64,000 nucleotides of DNA from Podarcis erhardii (Eukaryota). Shown one piece after another: positions 1 to 12,240 of this stretch. Location of the stretch: assembly GCA_964252035.1 (NCBI GenBank), contig OZ176206.1; one strand, given 5' to 3'. Below the pieces are notes generated by a model. That model did no database searches and was not told where the DNA came from. It saw only the letters and a list, made by a program, of their open reading frames with translations. The position numbers and the translations under genes were made by a program. The number at the start of each line of letters is the position of its first letter. The first letter of the stretch is position 1.

Positions 1-437
1 CTCAACGTGTCAGTGGAGGTACTGCAGGGGCTCATGTGCCACAGTTACCTGTAAAAGGGTCAAGGCTATGGTGGCCCTGCTGGTTTTGCAGGGCCACCTC
101 TGAAAGGCATCTGGCAGCACCAAAGGAATGGCGGGGATGTGTGTGAAGAGAAAAGGAGAGAGACTTTTGCCATGAACATCCCCACTGGGAAAAAGAAGAT
201 CACCAGAATACAAGTGGCACACAAAATTGCTTTACAAAGTTGCTGAGCCTGGCTTCCAATGGCAAGATCACTGCCCTCTTCCAAGATGGCACAGGAGAGG
301 GAGGAGTTATAGAGACAGGAAGTGACCAGCTGAACTAAGGTCCCAAAGGCATCCCTGCAATCTTCATCCTTTCCAGTTTGCAGAATGAAAAGGCTTGGGC
401 TGCCAACTCTGAGCGCGGGGTTGGGGAGCACTCTCCT

Positions 438-637
438 TTAAGCATAGTCTATCTGAATAGGGCTGCAGGTCCCTTCACCTTTGTGATCCTGGCTGGGCAT
501 GCTGGCCTTCCCCTCCTTGCTGTCATTGCTGCCAGACTCCAGGGACTTGGCAGAAGAGATATAGTCCTTCACTTCGATTTCCATGTTCTTGGCTTTCAAA
601 GCTGCCATGTGCAGTTTTTCCAGGAAATCTGGCATGC
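438..637 (-). CDS. STARD7: STARD7 last coding exon
   Basis: Reads (G)MPDFLEKLHMAALKAKNMEIEVKDY...IDYA*, matching the STARD7 C-terminus; acceptor tttcag at 638-640; TAA at 438-440. Confidence 0.96.
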
Positions 638-759
638 CTGAAAAGGAAAGAAAGGAGGAATAACAGAGAAGTCAACCCATATCAAACTCTCAGCATAAAA
701 GGATTACATACTTTTGCTAAGGCCATGAATCCAGACAAGAAAAAGGTTCTGTAGATGGG

Positions 760-1054
760 CAGGTCTCAGGTCTGGGAACTGGTAGGTCAGCCAGTTCTAG
801 ATGGGGTTGAATCCTGCCCCTCCCTCACAAGGAACAGATGCACAGTTCCTTGAGGTGTTCCTTGAGTCATTCGTCACTTGAGACTGAGGTGGCCTCAGTG
901 GCTAGGTCAGCTTTGGCTGCTGCACCAACTATGACTATTCCTGGACAGAGAAAGCTTAACCAAAGTTATCCCCATGCCCTGGTAACTTCCACACTGGAGT
1001 ACTGCAATGTGTTCTATGGGGCTTCTGTTGAAAATGGTCAGAAAGCTGCGACTA
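760..1054 (+). mobile_element. L2 LINE fragment, 5' part, split by an L1
   Basis: Degenerate HALVTSTLEYCN motif; joining across the L1 restores LLKMVRKLRLVQNTAAH, a typical L2 ORF2 C-terminal motif. Confidence 0.75.
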
Positions 1055-3388
1055 TGAGGTCGGAGCTAAACAATACAAACTGAGAGCGTTTGCAGATGAC
1101 CTGGTACTTACATTACAGGAACCCGAAGCTAGTACGAAAAGGGTTTTGGAATTAATACAAGAGTTTGGTCAGGTGGCAGGATTTAAACTGAATAAATTAA
1201 AAACAAAGGTATTGGAGAAAAACTTAACACCTTTTGAAAAAGAAAGGTTTCAGAATGAGACAGGGTTAATTGTGGTCAAGAAAGTGAAGTATTTGGGAAT
1301 AAATATGACAAATAAAAATCTGAATTTATTTAAAGATAATTATGAGAAAATTTGGATAGAAGTGAAAAAAGATTTAGAAACTTGGTCAAATTTGAAGCTT
1401 TCCTTGTTGGGTCGAATTGCGGTCATAAAGATGAATGTATTGCCAAGAATGTTGTTTTTGTTTCAAACATTGCAAATTATAGATAAGATGGACTGTTTCA
1501 AGAAGTGGCAGAAAGATATATCTAAATTTGTCTGGCAGGGCAAAAAGCCCAGAATAAAATGTAAGATTTTAACTGATGCAAAGGAAAGGGGGGGATTTGC
1601 CCTGCCAGACTTTAAACTTTACTATGAAGCGGCAGCATTCTGCTGGCTGAAGGACTGGCTACTTCTTGAGAATACAGACATTTTGGATCTGGAAGGTTTC
1701 AATAACACTTTTGGGTGGCATGCATATTTGTGGTATGACAAGGTTAAAGCTCATAAAGGTTTTAAAAATCATATTGTCAGGAAAGCACTATTTAATGTCT
1801 GGACTAGATATAAAGACTTGCTGGAAAATAAAACTCCATGGTGGTTGTCGCCAATGGAAGCGAAAGCTGTTAAGAAGCTTAATATGGAGTCTAAATGGCC
1901 GAGATATTGGGAAATTTTAGAATATGAAGGGGACAGACCAAAATTGCAGAGTTTTGATAAATTAAAAGGGAAAGTGAGAGATTGGCTTCATTATTATCAA
2001 ATAATGGAGGCCTTTAAGATAGACAGGAAAACCGGCTTCCAGGTGGAAAAATCAAAATTGGAGAGTGAGTTGTTAAAAGCCAGTACTAAAAATTTGTCAA
2101 AAATGTATAACTTGCTGCTGAAATGGAATGCACAAGATGAAAAGGTTAAATCAGCAATGATTAAATGGGCTCAGGACATTGGTCATAACATTATGTTTGC
2201 TGACTGGGAAAAGTTGTGGACCACCGGGATGAAATTCACGGCATGTAATGCCTTAAGAGAAAATGTTATGAAAATGATTTACAGGTGGTACATGACCCCA
2301 GTCAAGCTTGCAAAAATCTATCATTTGCCCGACAATAAATGTTGGAAATGTAAAGAAATTGAAGGAACATTCTTTCACCTTTGGTGGACGTGCCCAAGGA
2401 TTAAGGTTTTCTGGGAAATGATCTATAATGAACTGAAAAAGGTACTTAAGTACACTTTCCCTAAGAAACCAGAGGCCTTTCTCCTGGGCATAGTTGGCCA
2501 ATTGGTGTTAAAGAAGGATAGAACTTTCTTTATGTACGCTACAATGGCGGCAAGAATACTCATCGCAAAGTACTGGAAGACGCAGGATCTACCCACCGTG
2601 GAAGAATGGCAGATGAAGGTGATTGACTACATGGGACTGGCAGAAATGACGAGCAGAATCCGAAACCAGGGAAGAGAAACAGCGGAAGAAGATTGGAAAA
2701 AATTTAAGGACTATTTAAAGAACTACTGTAAAATCAATGAGTGTTAAAATGATGTTGGATTAGAAAATAAGCAGTTACTAGCGGTAAAGGATAAGTTGAA
2801 GAAAATAAGTAAGGTTAAACTTAAGGTGAAAATAAGGGAAGGATTTGCTGAATAATTGATTAAAAATTGGAATACAGAAAGGGGAAGTATGAGGAAGTCG
2901 GGGAAGTAAACTATAAGAAAATAAGATTTTTAACATTGTAATTTGGTTGAATGTTAAGAAGGATGCTAGATTATAAAAAATTGGCCACCACTAAATTAGA
3001 TTTAAATTTGATGATAAGTGAGACTAAAGAAAATATAAAATTTTTTGGGAAGAATTGCTAGATTATATTTGAATGAGTGGATATGAGATTGTAAACAAGT
3101 TGATAATTTGTTTGGGAAAAAAACTTTTAATGATGTAAATGGGAGCGGGAGATGTGAGGGAGTCCAAAGAAGTGATGAAACTATGTTTGTGACAGAAGTA
3201 AGATTGTTTATTATTTGTGCATTTATATTTAAAAACTTTAATAAATATTTATATATAAAAAAATATATAAGAAAATAAGATTTTGAAATTATACTTGTTT
3301 TTTTTTGTAGTGTCTAATGTATTGTTTTGTTTTATTTTTGTTGTCATAAAAATTATGGAAACTTTAATAAAAAATTTATAAAAAAAAA
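1055..3388 (+). mobile_element. 5'-truncated L1-clade LINE, antisense in the STARD7 last intron
   Basis: Open frame 1056-2747 with RAFADDLVL and KYLGI RT motifs and a CWKC...HLWWTC zinc knuckle; AATAAA plus poly(A); 15-bp TSD AGAAAGCTGCGACTA at 1040-1054 and 3389-3403. Confidence 0.95.
2931..3265 (+). mobile_element. Second L1-like 3' end nested in the L1 3'UTR
   Basis: Bounded by an identical 19-bp direct repeat (2912-2930, 3266-3284); has its own AAACTTTAATAAA and A-rich tail. Confidence 0.7.
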
Positions 3389-3403
3389 AGAAAGCTGCGA
3401 CTA

Positions 3404-3900
3404 GTACAAAACACGGCTGCACACAGCACCAATTTTGATCAGACTGGATGCCTATCATCTTCCAGGACAAAGTTACACTGCTTATGTTAGTATTGAAAGC
3501 CCAAAACTACCTGGGTCCCTAGAACATGAAAGAATGCCTGCTCCCATACTGCCTAAATATTAAGATTTGTGGGGAAAGCCCTGTTAGAAGCGCCCTCACC
3601 CAATGAGATACCTGGGGTGGTGATCCACAGTTGGGCTCTCCTGGTGGTGGCCCAATGCCTCTGGAATGACCTGCCCTCTGAAGAACCATGACAGTGTCAT
3701 TGTTTCATTCTCAGCTGAAGATGTACCTCCCTGCTCAGGCTTTTGGGGGAAAGGCAAGGCACACTGGTTTGGACTTTTATTGCTGCTGCTTTATTTGCAT
3801 GGAAATTATACCGGCTGTTTTTAATTTTATTGTTTAATTTTCCACCCTGGGACCATTAGGTGACAGGCAAATTATAAACACGGAGCAGTAAGTAAATAAA
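3404..3900 (+). mobile_element. L2 LINE fragment, 3' part
   Basis: Continues the L2 split at 1054; L2-type 3' end finishing gtaagtaaataaa. Confidence 0.7.
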
Positions 3901-4753
3901 CTTTTTTTAAAAAAATCTGTTCCTAAACCCCATGGTTGTGCCTCTCAGAGCACTTTGTTCTGGGACTCACTGAAGGCCTGCCTGTGCCATCTTCCCTGTG
4001 TAAGACAGTAACATCAGCCATCGGCAGATGACTTTGCCATGTGGACATGCGATACCCATGGCATCCACAGCGTGTGGCGTCTTTGGTGCTTTAAGAAATG
4101 GAGGGAGGCGTTAAGCCCAGGCAAACTCAAGGGCAAATCCCACAAAGTCTGTGGGCAGTTGCTTCCACATAAACCTGGATATGACTGGTACTTTTAAAAA
4201 TTTATATGCAGTAATTCAATAGGCAACATGAGTATCTCCTGTGAAAGCATGTAAGGGTTCAGGAATCATCTTTCTAAAACACAAGGAAACAGCCCTCAAA
4301 CAAAAGGACAGTGACCAGCAGTGCTGCAGAACAATGCAGCCCTACGAGCCATCATGCTGGATCAGGACCTTTGATCTTAGGATCTAAAGGACTGCTTATG
4401 TCAGGAAGATGCTGGTACCAAGGAATCCCCAAGGAACACAGCAGTCACTTCAAGTCAAACCCCTTTGAATGGCCCAAAAGGCAGCATTTGGCAACCTGGT
4501 GCCCTCCTGATGTTTTAGACTGCACCTCGCCATCAGTCCCTGCCATTACAAAGGGAGTATTTTGTCACTGATAATTTAATCCATGCCTCTGGCAGGGAAA
4601 GTTATCAGAGATGGCCTTCTTCAGCATCCTGATTTGAAAAATGAGAACTTTTTGATCCCATGGCAAGCATTACACATCTGCTGGCAGAGAGTTCCTCTGG
4701 TCAACAAGGTTTTTTTGCTTGTTAAACCGAGAGATCCCAATGCAGTGACTCAC

Positions 4754-4838
4754 CACTGGAGACCATCCAGCTGACACAGTACCGGGGGAACACTGTCTGC
4801 GGGTTGTCACTGTATGTTAGCAGGTAGTCAAAGCCATT
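4754..4838 (-). CDS. STARD7: STARD7 coding exon 7
   Basis: NGFDYLLTYSDNPQTVFPRYCVSWMVSSG, 85 bp, AG/GT flanks. Confidence 0.96.
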
Positions 4839-5744
4839 CTGAAAAGAGAAAGGGAGTTAGCAGGCCCTTCCTGCGAGGTCGACCAGCAAGGACAACTCCA
4901 TCCCTTTATTCACTTAATTTCTCACATACACTTCTACATAAAGCCATGGAGAACAAATGAAAAACACAAACCAAAGCAGAACCGCTAGAAAGACTAAGGC
5001 AGCATGGAAATATTTAACAGAAGAAAAACCACACTCCAGGACCACCAAACTCAAGGTTCTAATGGGCAAAGGCAATTCTTGGGGAACCTGACTTCTCAAA
5101 AACTTAGCACCAACACAAATAGGTAGCCAATCTGTAATCCATTTGGCAGGGGCTGCTAGCTTTTTGGAACCTGTGCCATACTTGCAAACTGAATAACCTG
5201 TCATAGGCCTCAAGCAGACACCACACCCCGTTTTCTTGGGCTGCAGCTAACTGCTTCTTTCAAGACTAATTTTAGTGGGGATAGGGACCTCTATGAGTCC
5301 CAGAGAAAGCAGCAGTGGGTGCCACAGTGACCACCCTGCAGTACAGAACTGATGTGTTCTGCTTGGATCATTTGGAAATGGCATAAAATGTTTAAGGGAA
5401 CTATGTATGTTAAGGAGGCTAGCTCCCATCTGGCCTTCTGAGGTGCAAGAAAAGTTTATGAGCATGGCATTGCCTCATGCAACAGCAAGACTAGACTTTA
5501 TACACAGGCTTTATCCACCTGCAAATCATCTGACATCACATGATTCAAATTTCAAGCCAGCAGCAGGCACACATTTGCCCCAAAAGGGCACGGTAGGCTT
5601 AACTGAGAGGGCCCAGAAGCCAGATGTTCCCAGTCCTGGAGTATTTTTATAGTATTGTCCATCCTGACAGCCAATAACTATGCAGGGTCTCGGGAGGCAA
5701 AGAGAGGCTCCCGCTAACAATGCTTCCTGACTGAAGCCCTTTTA

Positions 5745-5957
5745 ACTAGAGGTACCAAGGTATGAATGTGGGATCTTTTGCATTCAAGGGACTGTGCTGC
5801 AATAGCTCCCTAAATAGTAAAAGCTCGGCAGCCAATCAGAAGTTGTGGAAGCCCCGTCAGATGTTCAGATTCCAAAGAATGTTCGCAAACCAGAACACTC
5901 ACTTCCGGGTTTGCAGTGTTTGGGAGCTAAAATGTCCGAGGACCAAGGCACGACCGT
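5745..5957. mobile_element. Degenerate Tc1/mariner-pogo MITE remnant
   Basis: Ends ccaaggcacgaccg|ta, TIR-like; internal ACTTCCGGGTT as in the 12241 element. Confidence 0.4.
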
Positions 5958-6569
5958 ACTTAGTATCTAAGTATTCAGGGCAGACAAAAGAAAAGATATG
6001 TACAGTGTACACTTAAACAATAGAAACTACTCCCACAGAATGTAATGATGGCCATCAACTTGGACGGCTTCAGAAGAGGATCAGAAGTGGTGGTCCTATC
6101 CAGTGATTTTGGATAAAAGTATTTCACAAGGCTGAAATGATTACTAATCAAACAACTATTTAGATGTAAAGATTGCTCATTGGTCAATACATGATTCAGA
6201 AGCCCAAGACCTTACCCCAAAATATGTTTTTGTTCACACCATGACAGCAGCAAAAAGAACAATTTCCAAAACACAGCTAAATACTAAATTGATGGAAACT
6301 TGCTTTTCACAATTATAAGACCTGGTCCTCAAGGAAATTAACCAACAAGCTACAAGAATGAAGAAATGAGAAGATTTATGGTGTTTTATTAGTTGTGCTG
6401 TGACAAAAGAAAATGGATGCAGAGGACAAACATCTCATGGTGATCTATGGGAAGACATATTCATAAGATGGGCATTATGACTGGAATTGCTTTCATTCAG
6501 ACATGACAGCTTGTACTCATCTGTGGGGGAGGAGGTTATTCATGTTGTTTATATTTGAAATTTAACAAA

Positions 6570-6810
6570 ATGAAGAAAAGAGGATGAGACAAAATCACTG
6601 AGCATAAGGCTATCAATGGCTACTAGCCACACTCACTATGCTCCACTGTTAGTATGCCACTGAATAGCAGTTGCTGGGAATCTCAAGTGGGGAGCATGCA
6701 GTTGTGCTCAGGTCAGATCCGCCTTTCGTGCTTCCCATAGGAGGCATCTGGTTGGCCGCTGTGGGAACAGGATGCTAGACGAGGTGGGCTAATCTTATGC
6801 AGTGGTGCTG
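6570..6810 (+). mobile_element. Old CR1-type 3' end fragment
   Basis: ggctatcaatggctactagcc...ggcatctggttggccgctgtgggaacaggatgct; related copy on - strand at about 61665-61900. Confidence 0.55.
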
Positions 6811-7106
6811 CACCACAGGCCCATAGAAAATTAACCACCCCTTTCCTACCTTTGTAGGAATTCAGATCAGCCACAGTGTTCTAGGTGAGGGGACCTTCCA
6901 AATGCATTTTCATACTCTGAGGCCTTGATATGAGTCTCTCCAGAAGTCATCCAATACAGGGTACATTCGAAGTTAGACTCAACACAGTTTAAAAAACTGG
7001 GTATTTTAATTCAATGACTACCACTTGGTTCAGTCTCGCCTCTTGGGTAGATAGTTCTGGAAAAACCACCCAAACCAACTTTCTCCTGTAAAAGTTGGGC
7101 ACTCAC

Positions 7107-7206
7107 CTCATCAAACGAACTGTGAGGGCGGATAACCATTTGAGATTCATAAGTTTGAACACGGACAAATTCGGGATCTTCAGGGACACTTGGGTGTTCA
7201 ACCGCT
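7107..7206 (-). CDS. STARD7: STARD7 coding exon 6
   Basis: AVEHPSVPEDPEFVRVQTYESQMVIRPHSSFDE, 100 bp, AG/GT flanks. Confidence 0.96.
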
Positions 7207-7818
7207 CTGGCAACCAAACAGGAGAAAGGACAAAGATTTCACGGGGAAAAACTTCAAAATTCCCCTCAGCTCTATGTGCAGAATTCATCACAGTTAAATA
7301 AATATTATAATCTGAGTAAGAATATCTATGTCCCACCTTTCCTCAAACTGGGACTCAAGGCAGCTTACACAAGTTAATGTAGATAAAATATGAAAAGCTA
7401 AATACATATAAAAGGTAATAATTAAAAATAATTAAACTGAAACAGAATGGAAACAAATATATTAAATAAACAAACAAATAAACAAATATATTAAAATATT
7501 GCAAGTTGAACGTATTCCACAGCTCAAAGATTTTTAGAAGAGTAGTGAGGAAAGTTCATCTAAACCAATCAAAAAGTATTACAATATAAATATATCTCAA
7601 AAATATAGGTATTATCAGGTGCAACCAGCTGTAGGGCAAGTAGATGATACCTCCAGATGCAATTTTCATGTCTTCATCTCCTTTCATTTCCCAGCATTTC
7701 CCCCCATAACCTCTCCAAACCTTGAGGACAGAATTATGCAAAGTAAGTAGCTCTATAGAGAAGTTTAATTTGCAGAATAAATGCAGCTGTATCTTCCACT
7801 TGGCCCAGGATCCCTTAC

Positions 7819-7901
7819 CGTGACACAAGCACCATCAAATTGTTCTCCTGGTCCACACTGTACCGTCGCACATACACATAGTCCCGTGAGTACATTGGAT
7901 A
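7819..7901 (-). CDS. STARD7: STARD7 coding exon 5
   Basis: YPMYSRDYVYVRRYSVDQENNLMVLVSR, 83 bp. Confidence 0.96.
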
Positions 7902-7992
7902 CTGAAAGGAAGAAGACACAGCTGTAATCCTGGAGCAGCTGCCATCAACACACCAGTGTCATTATATGGAAGCCAGAGAAAGAAAAACTCAC

Positions 7993-8103
7993 CGGAAAAT
8001 GAGTTACCCAGTGAATAACCTCTGATCCAGTGTCCTGGTCTCTCTCAATTACCTCCAGTTTGATGACTAGTGAGTCCCATTTCTTTCTATATTCTGTATC
8101 CAG
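7993..8103 (-). CDS. STARD7: STARD7 coding exon 4
   Basis: LDTEYRKKWDSLVIKLEVIERDQDTGSEVIHWVTHFP, 111 bp. Confidence 0.96.
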
Positions 8104-8689
8104 CTAGAAGATAAGAATCCAGAAGAGTTCCCTTGAGATGATCCTACAATTTGTTTCTTACTTGTCGAAGTGCCAACTAAGAAATGATGAAATACTGTGA
8201 CAATTCACTAAGAGGCAAGATGGGTTTTATGCCTCCTGGTTTAATCTGCATTTCAAACACCCAGGGGAGGCAATGAAGCGATGTCACTTGAGCTTGCTGC
8301 ACCAGGTGGAGAAGCTTGTCCCAAAGGCCCTCACCTCGGCTACGAAAGGTATTAACTCTGAGTCCAGTTTCCCTTTATTTCCAAGGAATGCAAATTGAGA
8401 TCACTGCATTCTGGTGCCCTTGACACTCCCCCTAGTAGTCAGACATCTCAAAGAACAGGAACAGCAGCAAGAACAGGGGCATTCAAAACACAGTATGAGT
8501 TGAATCTTCATTGCACCAGCCTTTGCCAAACTGGAGTCCTCTAGAAGTGTTTTGGACTACAATTCCCATCAGCTTCAACCAGCACAAAATGGACAGGAGG
8601 TGTAGTCCCAGGGCACCAGGTTGGTGAAGGCTACATTAGAGACATCATTCACTCAGTGAGGGGCATGGAAGAGAGATGAAAATACTCAC

Positions 8690-8739
8690 TTGCACATTGA
8701 AAAACTGCCTAGGTGTCACATCTGTGTATGTCCCAAAGA
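8690..8739 (-). CDS. STARD7: STARD7 coding exon 3
   Basis: VFGTYTDVTPRQFFNVQ, 50 bp. Confidence 0.95.
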
Positions 8740-9591
8740 CTACAAAGGAACGACAAGACATAAATTGTTAATGTTCTATATGATGGTTTTTCTACAGTAT
8801 ACTGCATTTATGTTTTTGTCAAAATGTAAGTCTAATGCAACTAATAAGTTTAACAATAAGTGACTAACAAGTTTACTGCTGGCAGTGATAATACTACTAC
8901 TATGATTAATGCATGGATTTCAGTTACTCTGTACATGCTAATCTCTTTGCTTCTCATCAAGCGAGTCTCCAACCCCATCCTCCCATGAAGATGACATCTT
9001 TTTTTCTTGCTGTTTACAATTCTGATGTGTGTTTACATGGTGCCCATAAGCCAGTACCACTTTTCCAATTCATGTCCATCTGCAGACTAACTCTACAGCT
9101 ACCAGCAAACATGTAAACCATGCATCATCTATGGTGTTTCCCCTGAACAATCAGGTGTCCACACCAAATTTCCTCACTCTGCTTGCCTTCTGGTGAGAAA
9201 AGCTACCCACAGCCTCCAGCCTGGCTAAGAAATAAACTGCAGGTGTCCCTCCTGCCATTTCCTTCCTTATCCAAACTGCAGCACAAGTAAGGGTCTCCCT
9301 GGAACTCTCCAGCAAGCAAGGGGCTCAAGGAATTGGGGGCAAGGACAGAGGGGTACTGCATTTCCTGTGCATTTCTCTCCCCCCCCCCCCCAAATACAGA
9401 GACTTTTGCATTTGTTTCTGCTGGTTAAAAAAAAGGCCGTGAACCCAGCCCAGGTTAAAAATAACTGTTTTTATCCCCTTTTTCAGTCTGTGTTCTTCTG
9501 AAAGCCCCTTAACAAGTTTGCTGTTGTTTTTTCAAGTGTTCTTGCCACACAAATGGGCTTCCAAGTAGGAAATCCAGGAAGCAGGAACTAC

Positions 9592-9782
9592 CTCGGTACT
9601 GATACAGATGAGTCCCTCCAATTGGGCGCCGCCATAGCTTGAAGTGCTTCTTGTCCATCACCATTTCCCAGCTCTGATCCCTGGAAACAGAACCTGCATC
9701 CTTTGGCTCCTGTGTCTGGCTCATTCCTTTGTTACTCTGGAACACATTGATTTCTTCCATGCGTTTCATCTCTTCTGCAGAC
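9592..9782 (-). CDS. STARD7: STARD7 coding exon 2
   Basis: SAEEMKRMEEINVF...WEMVMDKKHFKLWRRPIGGTHLYQYR, 191 bp, phases 2/1 fit the neighbouring exons. Confidence 0.94.
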
Positions 9783-10129
9783 CTTGTGATGAAAGGAGGA
9801 CAACAATCATCAGTTAGGGCATGCTCAGTCTGATTCAACCTATCAGGACAGCTTAGATTACCATAATCATCCGATTCTTTGGTTTAGAACTGGGATGGGG
9901 AATGGGATGGCATTTTTATGAGGGCCAATGTTGTGTGGAAGCTGCAAGCAGGATGTAGGCATGAGCAGCACCAAGTCCACAATTGTGTTGTGTAATAACA
10001 CCCATTTCCAGTATTATCATTTATTTCATTTAAGAATCCCTGATATCCTTGCCCATCTTGGAAAATATTCAACAGAGCTAGTTATGGGGTGGCTTCTAAT
10101 ACCTGTTTAGTTATTTTGCATATTTATTG

Positions 10130-10860
10130 TAGCACTGGTGTCCAAAAGGGTTGAATTTTGGGGAAATCCCACACGTGGAGATATGTACCAATAGAGGTGC
10201 AGCCTCTCCAGCATTTTGGTGAGGTTCCTGGGTGTATCAGCAGCAACTTACATGGTGTTATGTAACATCTATAGGTAAGTTTCAAGGTGAGTTCCCTTCT
10301 TTTGGCTGAGATGGATTTAAAGGGAGGTTTAGACCACAGATTAGTTCATTGGGTAGAGTTTCTTTTGTAGCCTATGTCATACTCCCATTGTTTTTTGATT
10401 GAGATGAGGGGATTTGTGGGATTCTGGAGCAGTCTTTGTACATTGTGGATGCCACCCCCTTGCCATGTCCCTCTATTGTCAGCAGAAGGTTTTCAAAGGT
10501 GGTCAAAGGCTTAGTGGCTGCTGTTTTTACTGCTGGGTTGTTTAAGAAGCATGCAGTTGGCAGTGTGTTAGCCCAGGCATTTGGGTGTCCCCTAGTTTGT
10601 CCTGTATTTCTTGTGTCAGTATGGGTTTATTATTTTTGTAGAAGCCTGTTAGGCAATATAAGCCTTTGGTTCGTCAAGTTTTGTTAAGTTTTGGACTGTG
10701 TGATGAAATAGTGGATGGTTTTCCTAAGTTTGTTTTGGAGGAATGGGTATCCTGTGGTGGGAGCGTTTTCAATCGTGTCTATCCAGTGTTCCAAACTAGC
10801 TGGGCACCACCCTTTGTGCCTAGCATCTCCACCTGCTTGGCTGCAGTGAGGTGGTCTGCT
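10130..10860 (-). mobile_element. Degraded L1 ORF2 3' fragment
   Basis: Minus strand reads ...LTYRCYITPCKLLLIHPGTSPKCWRGCTSIGTYLHVW, a zinc-knuckle region, with frameshifts. Confidence 0.7.
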
Positions 10861-11194
10861 GGACATAGCGGCAGCGAAAGATGTGCGTCTTTTGCTGCCA
10901 TGCTATCCATGCGAAACACCTGACTCACCCAGCAGCGCAGCAGCAAAAAGACATTTCTTTTTTGCAGCTGTGCAAATCAGGAGTTTTGCAAGGTAGCAAA
11001 AGATGTGTCTTTTGCTGCCACGCTGCCCTGCAGACCCCCTGATTCACCCGGCATCAAAATAAATAAAATATAATAAAAAATATTTTTGCTGCCAGGTGAA
11101 TCAGGTGTTTTGCAGGGTAGTGCAGTTGCAAAAGATGTGTCACAAAATCCTAGGTAGAAGGATTACTAAGTATTGGAGGGGTCATACCCTAACA

Positions 11195-11350
11195 GTAGGA
11201 CACATGCTTTGCATGCAAAAGATCACCGGTTCAATCCCTGGCACTTCCAGCTAGGGCTGAGAGAGAATCCTGTCTGAAATCATGGAGAGCCACTACTAAG
11301 CAGTGTAGAAAACACTGAACTAGAGGGAGCATTGGTCTTGACTCTGTGGT
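11195..11350 (+). mobile_element. tRNA-derived SINE (Squam3-like)
   Basis: B-box GGTTCAATCCC followed by ccagctagggctgagagag...cagtgtagaaaacactgaactag. Confidence 0.65.
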
Positions 11351-11892
11351 TGCTCCCATGATCCTATGACACTTGGACAAGATAACTCTTGCCCAAATCT
11401 TATTCACTTCAATGGAGTTTGCACAGCTCCATCCTGGGTTGCTGGGCCTCTGCACTAATTTAGTCACACCTAGCTCTTGTACAGTTCTATCCTCAAGGAT
11501 AAAGGTATTTTTTATTTAGGTACTTAAAGGCTGCCTTTCAGGGTTGCTCCACTCAAGGCAACTCAAAACACAATCCAGAATACATTACAAACTGTTAAAA
11601 AATGAAAGCATTATACAGTAACACATCTAAAAGAGATATTGTCAGAGAAGTATAATATCAAGAGAACATACACATAAATGCATGCAGCAAAAATAGCAAA
11701 CTAAAACGACAGTGGCAGATAACTACCAGTTTAAAGTAATCCATGTAGGGGCCAAATGTAGCTACTTAGAGAGGGAATTCCATAAGCATGGGGCCACTAC
11801 TGAGAAGACTGCATCTCTAGCACCTGGCAATCTAATACTTTTTAGCAGAGGGCCCAGAATTGAAGCTTCATAGAGGTTTTATTACATAATGT

Positions 11893-11950
11893 GTTTGTTT
11901 GTTTGTTTGTTTGTTTGTTTGTTTGTTTGTTTGTTTGTTTGTCTGTTTGT
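11893..11950. repeat. (GTTT)n microsatellite
   Basis: 12 perfect units plus a degenerate end. Confidence 0.95.
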
Positions 11951-12240
11951 CAGTCATTCATCAGCTGTGTAATTCTCACAGCCCACCAAAAACAAGTTGA
12001 TGATGGCAGCAAAGGAAGACACTGATACTATGTTATTTTGGAAGCTGCTAGAAAAGATAAGAAGAGTACAGCTGCTTAATCTTGACCTGGTTACTAGAGA
12101 CAGAAGCCTTAACAAAAGCAAGTGCTATCATCCAGCTGGTTTCAGATGGCCTCTTGGGACACTGCAACTTGAGCATGATTACACAAAGGATGAAACATTT
12201 ACACAATGCTTAAACATGCAGAGAGCTGAAGTCAGCAATA

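Noticed and set aside
11195-11260. tRNA-like B-boxes (also about 58915 and 61520)
   Set aside because: SINE heads; no cloverleaf or oligo-T terminator
11893-11950. (GTTT)n in the STARD7 intron equivalent to the human pentanucleotide-expansion (FAME2) intron
   Set aside because: Different unit, attached to a LINE-type tail, no sign of homology; microsatellites are common throughout this window
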